62,027 bases of DNA from an uncultured Eubacteriales bacterium (GTDB lineage Bacteria; Bacillota; Clostridia; Oscillospirales; CAG-272), in the NCBI GenBank assembly GCA_900547725.1, contig URHR01000003.1, positions 1 to 62,027 of the forward strand, written 5' to 3'. Of the stretch, positions 18,004 to 26,647 are shown one piece after another. The notes below the pieces were generated by a model. The model was not told the DNA's origin. It ran no database searches and saw only the letters and a list, made by a program, of their open reading frames with translations. A program made the translations under genes and the position numbers. Position 1 is the stretch's first letter; each line of letters begins with the position of its first letter.

Positions 18004-19499
18004 AAAGCAAGAGCCTGATTTGTTTCATCCTGTTTTGCGCCCTGCTGGTTACGGCAGTCCTACCGGTTTCCGGAGAGGATTCCTCGCCGGTGGCTACGGC
18101 ATGGGACGGAAGCGCGGATACTTCGTGGTACAACACAACCGATAACACCTTTACTTTAACAGACGCTGCCGACCTTGCCGGCTTTGCCGCCATTGTAAAC
18201 GGCACGGCGGAAGGCATTGCACAGTCCAATTTTCTCGGAAAGACTGTCCGGCTCGGCGCGGATATCCTGCTCAATACGGGTGATGCAGCGTCTTGGACGC
18301 CGGAAACCGAGGGCTTGCAGGCGTTTCCGATTATCGGAAACATCAGCGAAAAAGACGGTGCCGCGGATGCCAGCCTGCAGTTCAGCGGGGAATTTGACGG
18401 ACAGGGACACACCATTTCCGGTCTGTACGTAAACGGTCGGTCCGACTGGTGGGAAGGTTCGGGACTTTTTGCGGCGATATACGGTCCCGCAAAGCTCCAC
18501 GATTTTGCTCTGGTCAACTCGGCGGTCTTTCAGCCCGGTCGTTACAATGCCGCTGCCGTCACAGCATATGCGTTTGTCAAGTCCGGTGAAGAAAAGGATG
18601 CCTTCAGCATTTATAACATCTATACGGATGCAATGATTACTGCGTCTGGCGAAAAAACCGGAATCGGCGGGATTGTCGGTAAAATCTCCGACCCGACCTA
18701 CAAGAGTGTGACGAACGCTTACGGATCGATCCGTTCCTGCGTGTTTGCGGGAAAGATCACCCAAACCGGAAACTGTGCGGCTTATTCGGGAGGCATTCTC
18801 GGAAACGTGAACGATGTCGGCGTGCAGATTTCCGACTGCCTGAACCTCGGAACCATTGTCAGCCTGAACAACCGGGAGTACCTGGGCGGAATTGTCGGAA
18901 AGGGTGACACCAACCACTGTACCATCCGCATCAACCGTTGTGTGAGCGTGGTGGATCCCACCTCTGCCAGCCGAAAAGTCGGCGGAATTATTTCCTTCGG
19001 CAATAAGCCGATTGACGATGACGAATTTTTGGACTGCTTTACCGCCGGCGAGCGTTATGCCGTTTGCAAGGAGGGGAACGAGGCAACCGGAGACAGCATC
19101 CGGACGGGGAAAACCACCCTGCGGGAGCTGGTCGGTGCGGATGTCCCCGAAGCCGTAAAGACAGCACTGACCGGCTGGGTCACGCGTGAGGGCGGAATCA
19201 TCATTCCTGCAGGCGTTGCCGCGCTGACGCCGCTGTTCGGCGATGTGCCAACCCCTCCGTCGGGGGAAAACACGACAGAGACGCCGACCGAGAAGCCAAC
19301 GGATGCTCCCACGAAGCCGAACAATCCGCCTACAGGGGAAAAGCCCGCGCAGGATTCTTCCACACAGGAACGGTCGGCCGGCACTGCGGCGGAAAAGCCG
19401 GCTGAAAAAGGCTGCCAAAGCGCCGTTGGGATTGCACCGCTCCTGGCACTGATACTCTCCGGCATTTACGTCGCGGAGAATAAGAAAAGAAACCGTTGA
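18000..19499 (+). CDS. Secreted GLUG-repeat protein, paralog 2 (Pro/Thr linker plus C-terminal hydrophobic anchor)
   Basis: ORF 17982..19499. I prefer the start at ATG 18000 (MKSKSLICFILFCALLVTAVLPVSGED signal peptide). The N-terminal domain resembles paralog 1. FSGEFDGQGHTISGL is present. The C-terminus is ...GIAPLLALILSGIYVAENKKRNR. Confidence 0.7.
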   Translation: MKSKSLICFILFCALLVTAVLPVSGEDSSPVATAWDGSADTSWYNTTDNTFTLTDAADLAGFAAIVNGTAEGIAQSNFLGKTVRLGADILLNTGDAASWTPETEGLQAFPIIGNISEKDGAADASLQFSGEFDGQGHTISGLYVNGRSDWWEGSGLFAAIYGPAKLHDFALVNSAVFQPGRYNAAAVTAYAFVKSGEEKDAFSIYNIYTDAMITASGEKTGIGGIVGKISDPTYKSVTNAYGSIRSCVFAGKITQTGNCAAYSGGILGNVNDVGVQISDCLNLGTIVSLNNREYLGGIVGKGDTNHCTIRINRCVSVVDPTSASRKVGGIISFGNKPIDDDEFLDCFTAGERYAVCKEGNEATGDSIRTGKTTLRELVGADVPEAVKTALTGWVTREGGIIIPAGVAALTPLFGDVPTPPSGENTTETPTEKPTDAPTKPNNPPTGEKPAQDSSTQERSAGTAAEKPAEKGCQSAVGIAPLLALILSGIYVAENKKRNR

Positions 19500-19501
19500 A
19501 G

Positions 19502-21625
19502 ATGAAAAAACTGATTACAATTGCTCTATGTATTATGCTTGCGGCAGGACTGCTTTTGTCCTGCCGCAACGGAAACGATCCGGCTTCCCCGACAGATGAC
19601 GGGACGGAGAGCAGTACCGTTGCGCTCCGCCCGGAGGAGTGGACTCTAATCCGTCCCCAAAAGGCAAGCCCGGCGTTGACGGCGGAGATTAACCGCCTCA
19701 AGCGTGCTTGGGAGTCGGCAACGGGTGAAACCATTGTGCTGAAAACCGATGCCGATCCGGAGGGGGCGCATGAGATTCTGATCGGGGAGACCTCCCGTGC
19801 GGCGTCCAAAAGCGCGCGGGATGCATTGCAGGGGGATCGGTATGCGCTGACGCATGACGGAAATCATATCGTGATTGTCGGTTCCTGTGATGCGCTGACG
19901 GCGGAGGGCGTTCGCTATTTTGCCGAGACGTATGTCGTCAGTGCCCCCGCGCTGACCCTGCCGGACGGATTGCAGTATGTCAGCGAGGAGTTGGACGTGG
20001 TTTCGCTGACCAACGGAACCCGTTTCCGGTATCCGGTCATCTTTGCGGACGGACTGGATAATACGCCGGACAAGGGGAATCAGAATCGTGTGGATTACAC
20101 CGTTCAGCTGGCGCGGGATCTGCGAAACCGGTTGGAGGCGCTGACAGGTGCCGTTCCCAACCTGAAGTCCGACTGGGTCAAAATCGGAACGGATACCGCA
20201 GACACGTATGAAATTCTGATCGGAGACACGGCGCGTCCCGAATCGGCACAGGCAAAATCCCGCTTGAGGGGAGCACAGGATTACGGCGTTTTCTTCATCG
20301 GAAACAAGATTGTCATCTCTGCATGGACGGAGCAGACACTGGGCAAAGCGGTGAACCTGTTTCTGGAGAACCTGGAACTTTGGCGCGTTTCTGCGGAGGG
20401 GCAGGTCGCGGATATCCGCCTGCGGAAAACGGATCTGACGGATGCATACCGCGGCTGGCAAACGGACATTCCGCTCCCGGAGCGCGGCAAGCTGACCGGA
20501 TGTGTGACCTGCGCAAACGATCAGCTGGAGTATGTATGGACCGATGTACGATCCGATGATTTTTCCGCCTATCGGAAGAAGCTGGAGGCGGATGGGTATA
20601 CCCTGCGGGACGAAAACCGGATTGGCGAGAATCGGTTTGCAACGTATGTCAAGGGAACCGCATTTCTGCACGCATCCTTTGTCCCGAACGGCTCGGCAGG
20701 AATGCCTGCCATCCGGGTCATTACCGGGGTGACGAACAAGGCGCCGTATCTGCCGGAACCGTCATCGGTCAGGCAGGAGTATGTGAAAATCACGGAATCC
20801 AAGCTGACGCAGATGGCGCTGGATTATCAGGCGGGCGACTACGGAATGTGCTACGTTGTTACGCTGGAGGACGGCAGCTTCCTGATTGTGGACGGCGGTG
20901 CAAATATCGGAAAGACCGACCACACCCGGCTTTGGAATCTGCTGAAGCAGCTGAACGAACGCCCGGACGGGAAAATCGTAATCGCCGCATGGCTTTTGAC
21001 GCACAATCACGCCGACCATTATCAGGTCTTTGAGGATTTCTGCGCCGAATACGGCAGTCAGGTGACAATTGAACAGTTCGTCTGCAATGTGCCGGACAGC
21101 ATTGTGGCGTATAACTCCACCGACCCCGGAACGCATTATCAGAACGGTTTTTCAAAATCGTCCCTTGCGGCAGGTGGCATTCGGAACATCAAGCCTTACA
21201 CGGGGATGAAATGGTCGGTGCGCAACGTGGAGCTGGAGGTTCTGTTCACACAGGCGGATCTGTATCCCAAAAAGCTGACGCTGTACAATGATTCCTCCAT
21301 GGCATTCCGAATGACTGTTGCGGGACAGACCATGCTTTGGCTGGGGGATATTCAGACGAACGCTTCCGATGTGATCTGCGCGATGTACGGAGAGAATCTG
21401 AAAAGCGACATGGTTCAGGTTTCTCACCACGGCGGAAACGGCGCCACCGAGCAGCTTTACACGCTGATCCGCCCGACAGTTGCATTTTGGCCGTGCGACC
21501 GTGCGAATTATCAGGGGTACATCCGCCATTTTCCCGCAAGCGACCTGCTGGCAAACCAGTTGGGTGTGAAGAAAAATATTGTTGCCGACCCTGACCATAC
21601 CCTGACTTTTCCGTTCCTTTCCTGA
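19502..21625 (+). CDS. Lipoprotein with two EILIGxT modules and a C-terminal metallo-beta-lactamase-fold domain
   Basis: ORF 19496..21625 with an ATG at 19502. The lipobox is LLLSC. The modules are HEILIGETSRAASKSA and YEILIGDTARPESAQA. The HxHxDH motif is LLTHNHADHYQVF. Confidence 0.7.
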   Translation: MKKLITIALCIMLAAGLLLSCRNGNDPASPTDDGTESSTVALRPEEWTLIRPQKASPALTAEINRLKRAWESATGETIVLKTDADPEGAHEILIGETSRAASKSARDALQGDRYALTHDGNHIVIVGSCDALTAEGVRYFAETYVVSAPALTLPDGLQYVSEELDVVSLTNGTRFRYPVIFADGLDNTPDKGNQNRVDYTVQLARDLRNRLEALTGAVPNLKSDWVKIGTDTADTYEILIGDTARPESAQAKSRLRGAQDYGVFFIGNKIVISAWTEQTLGKAVNLFLENLELWRVSAEGQVADIRLRKTDLTDAYRGWQTDIPLPERGKLTGCVTCANDQLEYVWTDVRSDDFSAYRKKLEADGYTLRDENRIGENRFATYVKGTAFLHASFVPNGSAGMPAIRVITGVTNKAPYLPEPSSVRQEYVKITESKLTQMALDYQAGDYGMCYVVTLEDGSFLIVDGGANIGKTDHTRLWNLLKQLNERPDGKIVIAAWLLTHNHADHYQVFEDFCAEYGSQVTIEQFVCNVPDSIVAYNSTDPGTHYQNGFSKSSLAAGGIRNIKPYTGMKWSVRNVELEVLFTQADLYPKKLTLYNDSSMAFRMTVAGQTMLWLGDIQTNASDVICAMYGENLKSDMVQVSHHGGNGATEQLYTLIRPTVAFWPCDRANYQGYIRHFPASDLLANQLGVKKNIVADPDHTLTFPFLS

Positions 21626-21630
21626 AAAAA

Positions 21631-21672
21631 GCGGAGCGCCCGCAGGACGCTCCGCTTCGACATTTTCTACCT
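21631..21672 (+). terminator. Weak terminator-like hairpin
   Basis: GCGGAGCG pairs with CGCTCCGC (21631..21655), preceded by an A-run and followed by TTCGACATTTTC. Confidence 0.4.
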
Positions 21673-21684
21673 GGAGGTAATCAT

Positions 21685-22575
21685 ATGTCTGTTCTTTTGG
21701 TTGCGGTGCTGATTCTCGTATACACAGCCCATTCACTGTTTGCAAGTCTGTTTTCCAAGCATTATCCGGGGGAGCACGGGGAGGCATCCCGCGTTTATTC
21801 TGTTTACTATGGGCTGATTGTGTCGCTCGCAACGCTGGCGGCATCCGGATTTGTTCCCAAAATCTCCTGGCTGACGCTTCTTTTGGGGATTGCCAACGGT
21901 GTTGCGGTCATGCTCTATAATCTGTCGCTTATCGGTGCCGCAGAGCGAGGACCGTATTCGGTTGTCATGGTATTCTCGCTGTTCGGTGGAATCCTTGTTC
22001 CGCTGGCGGTTTCGGTCGTTGCCTACCGGGAGCACCTGACTCCGGTGCAGTGGGCGGCAATTCTCATCATGTTGGTGGCATTCGTTTTTCTGAACATCGG
22101 AAAAAAAGGAGAGAAGCTGAAGGACAGCGTGAAAAAGGGCTTTTTTGCGCTCTGTCTGCTCCAGTTCTGCGCAAACGGGGCATACGGAACCCTGCTCAGC
22201 GTTCAGGAGCGGCTGACGGAGGGAACGGAAAACAACGGCATGACCGTTGTGACCTATGCGGTCGTTTTTCTGCTGTCGGTTCTCCTGCTTGCCGGCCGGA
22301 GGCGGGAACGGACGATGGCAGATCTCCGGCTGAACCGGAAATCTGTCGCTTGCCTCATCTTCTGCACCGGTTCGGTGACGGCGGGAATCATGATTCTGAT
22401 GCACTGCCTGTCACTGATGAACGTTGCGGTGCTGTATACTGTCGAAAACGGTGGTGTCCTGCTCCTCTCGGTCATTCTGTCGGCTTTCCTGTTCCGGGAA
22501 AAAATGACGGTGTCGAAGGGGATCGGAATTGTGCTGTCGGTCGTAAGTATGGTTTTGCTCGGCTTGCAGGGATGA
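21685..22575 (+). CDS. Polytopic membrane protein, EamA/DMT-like transporter (tentative)
   Basis: 296 aa, hydrophobic throughout with many predicted TM segments. GGAGG lies 8 nt upstream. Confidence 0.5.
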   Translation: MSVLLVAVLILVYTAHSLFASLFSKHYPGEHGEASRVYSVYYGLIVSLATLAASGFVPKISWLTLLLGIANGVAVMLYNLSLIGAAERGPYSVVMVFSLFGGILVPLAVSVVAYREHLTPVQWAAILIMLVAFVFLNIGKKGEKLKDSVKKGFFALCLLQFCANGAYGTLLSVQERLTEGTENNGMTVVTYAVVFLLSVLLLAGRRRERTMADLRLNRKSVACLIFCTGSVTAGIMILMHCLSLMNVAVLYTVENGGVLLLSVILSAFLFREKMTVSKGIGIVLSVVSMVLLGLQG

Positions 22576-22777
22576 TTTTTCATACAGGGAACGTCCGACG
22601 GACTCTGCCGGGCGTTCGGACTGCAGACAAAGTATATCTTCAATGTATATAATACGCTTGCGCCTGCCAAATATGCGAGCGTTGGGCGGGAGTACCGATA
22701 TTCGTTGCCGGAGACGAAGAAATCATAAACAACCGGAATGGTTCGGTTCGTATTTACAATTGAAACAGCTTGCAGAA

Positions 22778-22825
22778 GTGGCTGTGAAAACCCAAAACGG
22801 ATTTTCACAGCCACTATCTTTGTAA
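22778..22825 (+). terminator. 13-bp hairpin with a weak T-run
   Basis: GTGGCTGTGAAAA (22778..22790) pairs with TTTTCACAGCCAC (22802..22814), followed by TATCTTTGT. Confidence 0.45.
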
Positions 22826-23032
22826 CATTCGGGATAAAGCCTCTCTTGACCTGTGGTCTGCGAATTTTTTCTGCCTGCAAAGCGCTTGGGATTGAGTTTA
22901 TGTCGGCGGCTGGCTGCAAAAAGAACCCCGTCTCCGAAGAAACGGGGCAAGAATTCGTAACATTGAAAGCGGGGAGGACATCAGCAGAAAATGGGCAGTT
23001 GCAAAAAAACAATTTTCCTGCCAAGGCGGATG

Positions 23033-23115
23033 TCCGTCCGCTGATCCCTGCCCCGGTTCACCGTGAGTGGGGAAGGTGACGTACCCGCTTGAAAGAATCC
23101 GGTTGGGGAGAAATG
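23033..23115 (+). repeat. Bipartite ~85-nt intergenic repeat, copy 2
   Basis: See copy 1 (8..92). This copy abuts the stop codon of the minus-strand rpiR-like gene. Confidence 0.7.
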
Positions 23116-23117
23116 CT

Positions 23118-23987
23118 CTAATATTTTTTACTCTGCAACGCTGCCTCGGTGTTATAAATTGCCTGCTTTGCGGCTTGATCGGCGTGGAGGACGATGTAGG
23201 TATAGATGCAGTCGATGATGGCGAGCTGCGCCAAGCGGGAGTTCATGGCGAGGATGGAATGCTCGGTCTCTCTGGAGCGGGTGAACAGGGCATAGTCCAC
23301 GGACTCCGCAAGCGGGCTTTTGCCGTGGTTGGTGATGCAGGCGGTGGTTGCGCCGTAGAGCTTGCACAGCCGCATGGCGTCCACAATATCCCGTGACGCG
23401 CCGGAGTGCGAAATGCCGATGGCAATTCCGCCGCGCCGCAGATGGGAGGCGATGATGGCTTGCAGATGGTTGTCACAGCATGCCTGCGCGTCAAGTCCCA
23501 GGCGCAGAAATTTGTGCGCCGCGTCCTGCGCAATGGAGGCGGAATTTCCAAGCCCGAAAACAACGATCCGGTTGGCGTGAAGCACCGCCTGTGCCACTGC
23601 CTCCAGCGTTTTCTCGTCCAGAACCGATTCGGTTTCCCTGAGAGATTCCGAAATGGACGCGATCCGCTTCTGATAGATGCGGTAGCAGTTGTCGCTTTTC
23701 CGAATCTCCTCGTCGATCCCCGATGCCGAGCCGATTTCTGCGGCAAGCCGCACCTTCAGCTCCTGATAGCCGTTCAGTCCGAGCCGCCTTGCAAACCGTA
23801 CCACGGTTGCGTTCCCGCAGGAGCAACGCCCGGCAAGCTCCGAGATCGAAATGCCGAGGATTTCCCCGGTGTGTGCCAGAAGGTAGTCCGCGAGCTTTTG
23901 CTCCGCGAACCCCATGCGGTCGTAATTTTGCCGGATGCTGTGCAGAACCGATTCCATCATACCTCCGAAAACGGAAATTATTTTCAT
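23118..23987 (-). CDS. MurR/RpiR-family transcriptional regulator (HTH plus SIS)
   Basis: 289 aa. The HTH is GISISELAGRCSCGNATVVRFARRLGLNGYQELK. The SIS block is IVVFGLGNSASIAQDAAHKFLRLG. It is divergent from the 24105 operon. The start could instead be the internal MMESV. Confidence 0.85.
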   Translation of the reverse strand: MKIISVFGGMMESVLHSIRQNYDRMGFAEQKLADYLLAHTGEILGISISELAGRCSCGNATVVRFARRLGLNGYQELKVRLAAEIGSASGIDEEIRKSDNCYRIYQKRIASISESLRETESVLDEKTLEAVAQAVLHANRIVVFGLGNSASIAQDAAHKFLRLGLDAQACCDNHLQAIIASHLRRGGIAIGISHSGASRDIVDAMRLCKLYGATTACITNHGKSPLAESVDYALFTRSRETEHSILAMNSRLAQLAIIDCIYTYIVLHADQAAKQAIYNTEAALQSKKY

Positions 23988-24046
23988 TTATTATACCATA
24001 TCCGAAAGAAAAAGTCAAGCATTCAGAAATTATTTTCTCATCCGTC

Positions 24047-24075
24047 TTGCAAAACCCACCGTGATATGCTAAAAT
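24047..24075 (+). promoter_or_regulatory. Sigma-A-type promoter of the 24.1-34.3 kb operon
   Basis: TTGCAA (24047..24052), a 17-nt spacer ending in TGC, and TAAAAT (24070..24075). It lies 30 nt upstream of ATG 24105, which has an AAAGGAGAA SD. Confidence 0.6.
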
Positions 24076-24104
24076 GAAGACAATACGGCAAAGGAGAAAA
24101 AACG

Positions 24105-25541
24105 ATGCAATATCAAATGAACGATTTTCTGTTCTCCATGATTCTGACCGAACTGGAGGACGCGGTGGGAAAGGAAAACTGCTCCACGCGCCCGATTGAC
24201 AAGGTGACGCACAGCGTGGATTACTACTGGCTCTCGCGGATGTGGGCAGACCGGGGACAGCGGATGCCGGAGGCGGATTTCGTGGTCTGCCCGCTGGATG
24301 CGACCGAGGTCTCCAAGGTTGTGAAAATTGCGAACTATTATAAAATTCCCGTGACGGTCTGGGGCGCGGGCGGCGGCACGCAGGGCGGCGCGATTCCGGT
24401 CTGCGGCGGCATTCTGCTGGATACCAAGCGGATGAACCGGATTTATCAGGTCAATACCGAGGGAATGTACATCGAATGCGGCACGGGTGCTATCTACAAG
24501 CACATTGAGTATGCCGCAAATGAGGTGGGCAAGGCGACCATGCACTACCCGTCCTCGCTGACCTGCTCCACGGTCGGGGGCTTCCTTGCGCACCGCGGCA
24601 TCGGCGTGGTGTCCACGAAATACGGCAAAATTGACGATATGGTTCTGCAGATGGAGGTTGTGCTTCCGAACGGGGACATCATTCTGACTTCCCCCGCGCC
24701 CAAGCACGCGGCAGGTCCCGACCTCAATCAGATTTTCATCGGCTCGGAGGGAACGCTCGGCATCATCACCAAGGCGCAGATCCGCATTTTCGACCAGCCG
24801 GAGGAACGGCGCTTCCGCGCATTCCTGTTTAAGGATATGCACGGCGCATTTGTCGCGTCGCGGGAACTGCTCCAGAAGTTCAAGCCCTCGGTCATGCGGC
24901 TGTATGACGAGGCGGAGACCGCTTCGCTGATCAAAAAGGTGGTCGGCGTGGAGCGCAAGGGCGCGTTCATGAACATTGCCTATGAGGGTTGCCGCGAGAT
25001 GGTGGAGGTGGAGGAGAAAATCCTTTTGGACACCTTCAAAAAGTACGGCGCGGAGGATCTCGGAAGCGAATACGGCGAGAAGTGGTGGAAGGAGAAGATT
25101 ACCTTCTTCTATCCCGGCTACATGATGGATCTGCCGCAGATGTTCGGCACAATGGATACCATTGCCCCGTATGACAAAATCGAGGAGATCTATTGGGCGA
25201 TGAAGGAGGCGATTGAGACCAACTTCCCGCAGGCGAAGTTCATTGCGCATTTCTCGCACTGGTACGAGTGGGGCGCGATGGTCTACGACCGCTTTATTGT
25301 GGACGGCAAGGATGTTCCGCAGGACCCGGTCGAAGCGCTCCGGCTGCATCAGGCAATCTGGACCTGCGGCGTGCGGACGGCTTTGGCGCACGGCGGCGTG
25401 GTCAACGATCACCACGGCGTGGGCATCAAGCTCGGCAGACTGATGAAGGAGCAGTACGGCCCTGCCATGCAGGTGTTCGAGGGACTGAAAAAACAGCTTG
25501 ACCCGAACGGGATCATGAACCCGTTCAAGCTGGGACTCTGA
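24105..25541 (+). CDS. FAD-linked oxidase/dehydrogenase (GlcD / D-lactate dehydrogenase-like)
   Basis: 478 aa. It has an FAD_binding_4-style N-terminal half (ATEVSKVVKIANYYKIPVTVWGAGGGTQGGAIP) and the C-terminal HHGVG motif of the vanillyl-alcohol-oxidase/GlcD superfamily. Confidence 0.8.
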   Translation: MQYQMNDFLFSMILTELEDAVGKENCSTRPIDKVTHSVDYYWLSRMWADRGQRMPEADFVVCPLDATEVSKVVKIANYYKIPVTVWGAGGGTQGGAIPVCGGILLDTKRMNRIYQVNTEGMYIECGTGAIYKHIEYAANEVGKATMHYPSSLTCSTVGGFLAHRGIGVVSTKYGKIDDMVLQMEVVLPNGDIILTSPAPKHAAGPDLNQIFIGSEGTLGIITKAQIRIFDQPEERRFRAFLFKDMHGAFVASRELLQKFKPSVMRLYDEAETASLIKKVVGVERKGAFMNIAYEGCREMVEVEEKILLDTFKKYGAEDLGSEYGEKWWKEKITFFYPGYMMDLPQMFGTMDTIAPYDKIEEIYWAMKEAIETNFPQAKFIAHFSHWYEWGAMVYDRFIVDGKDVPQDPVEALRLHQAIWTCGVRTALAHGGVVNDHHGVGIKLGRLMKEQYGPAMQVFEGLKKQLDPNGIMNPFKLGL

Positions 25542-25554
25542 GGAGGTGGATGAG

Positions 25555-26646
25555 ATGAAACTGTCGGAAAAGGTCAATCAACACGTGGATTCCTGCCGGT
25601 TCTGCTGGATGTGCCATCACATCTGCCCGATCGGCAATGCAACGGGACACGAAAGAAGCACCCCCCGCGCAAGGGCTTTGGAAATTTCCCTTGTCACGCG
25701 CGGCGCGCTCCGGCTTGATGATATTATGGACAACATTTACGAATGCGCCGGATGCGGTGCGTGCGTGCAGGTCTGCGTCACCGGATGGGACCCCGTGATG
25801 TTCACGAAAGCCGTCCGTGAGCAGGCGGCACTGGAGGGAAAGCTGCCGGATTATATCCGGAAATTGGTTGCAAACTGCCTCTCAAGCGGAAACGCGTACG
25901 GAATGACAGACCCGGCAGGGGAATTGCAGGCGGCAATCGGAAGGCATTCCGCCAAGACCGATACGCTCCTGTTCCTCGGCTCGGACGCAAGATACAAAAT
26001 GCCGGAGCAGGCGGTGAAAATGATTGCGGTTCTGGAGCGCGCGGGAGTAGACTTTACCGTGCTTGCGGAAGAGCCTGCGTCGGGCGCGCAGATGGATTAC
26101 CTTGTCGGGGCACTCAGGGAAACGAAAGCGCAGATGCAGGCGTGCGCGGCTGTGCTGAACGGCTACAAAACCGTGATTGCCGCCGACCCGACCGATGCAA
26201 AGGTTTTGCGCAGAACCTACGCGGAATACGGCGTGGAACTCTCCTGCCGCGTGGTGACCTTCCCGTCCTATGCGCTGAAACTGCTGCAATCCGGGAAACT
26301 GACCGTCCGAAAGCGGGAGATGCCTGTCGTTTATCAGGATCCGTTCCAGCTCTCGCGCGACCTCGGAGAAACCGAAGAACCCCGTGCGCTCATCTCCGCC
26401 TGCGCCGACCTTTCCGAAATGCTTCTGCACGGGGAGGAGACGGTCTGGGCAGGAAATCTGCTGATGGCGGAATGGATGCCGGAGGTCATGCGGGCAGTCG
26501 CGGCAAGAAGAATCTTCAACGCGGAGAGCGTTGGCGCAAAAACAATCGTCACGGCGTGCGTGGGCGAATATGCCGCACTGAAGGCGGCGGAAACAGACGG
26601 GATGAACATCCTGTCCATAGAAGACCTGATTCTCGGAGGAAACTGA
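25555..26646 (+). CDS. (Fe-S)-binding protein, GlcF/LutA/HdrD-like
   Basis: ORF 25546..26646. I prefer the ATG at 25555 (AGGAGG 8 nt upstream). The cysteine clusters are CRFCWMCHHICP and CAGCGACVQVC. Confidence 0.72.
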   Translation: MKLSEKVNQHVDSCRFCWMCHHICPIGNATGHERSTPRARALEISLVTRGALRLDDIMDNIYECAGCGACVQVCVTGWDPVMFTKAVREQAALEGKLPDYIRKLVANCLSSGNAYGMTDPAGELQAAIGRHSAKTDTLLFLGSDARYKMPEQAVKMIAVLERAGVDFTVLAEEPASGAQMDYLVGALRETKAQMQACAAVLNGYKTVIAADPTDAKVLRRTYAEYGVELSCRVVTFPSYALKLLQSGKLTVRKREMPVVYQDPFQLSRDLGETEEPRALISACADLSEMLLHGEETVWAGNLLMAEWMPEVMRAVAARRIFNAESVGAKTIVTACVGEYAALKAAETDGMNILSIEDLILGGN

Positions 26647-26647
26647 A

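Noticed and set aside
22254-23024. A 256-aa minus-strand ORF covering the DMT gene's 3' end and the convergent spacer.
   Set aside because: It overlaps the DMT gene in antisense and runs through hairpin-rich non-coding sequence. It has no SD or motif support.
1-23115. The idea that the two 85-nt direct repeats (8..92 and 23033..23115) are att sites bounding a 23-kb genomic island.
   Set aside because: There is no integrase, recombinase, tRNA or mobility gene between or beside them. The interval holds core-like uronate catabolism with native-looking composition. The repeats look like a dispersed intergenic family instead.
24069-25577. A 502-aa minus-strand ORF, and similar long antisense ORFs at 3417..4670, 6447..7700, 8744..9886, 13438..14673, 16284..17537, 18156..19418, 30062..31588, 32810..34330 and 37695..39533.
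   Set aside because: Each lies opposite a + strand gene with clear family motifs and operon-style start/stop junctions. The translations are low-complexity and Arg-rich. These are typical GC-rich shadow frames.
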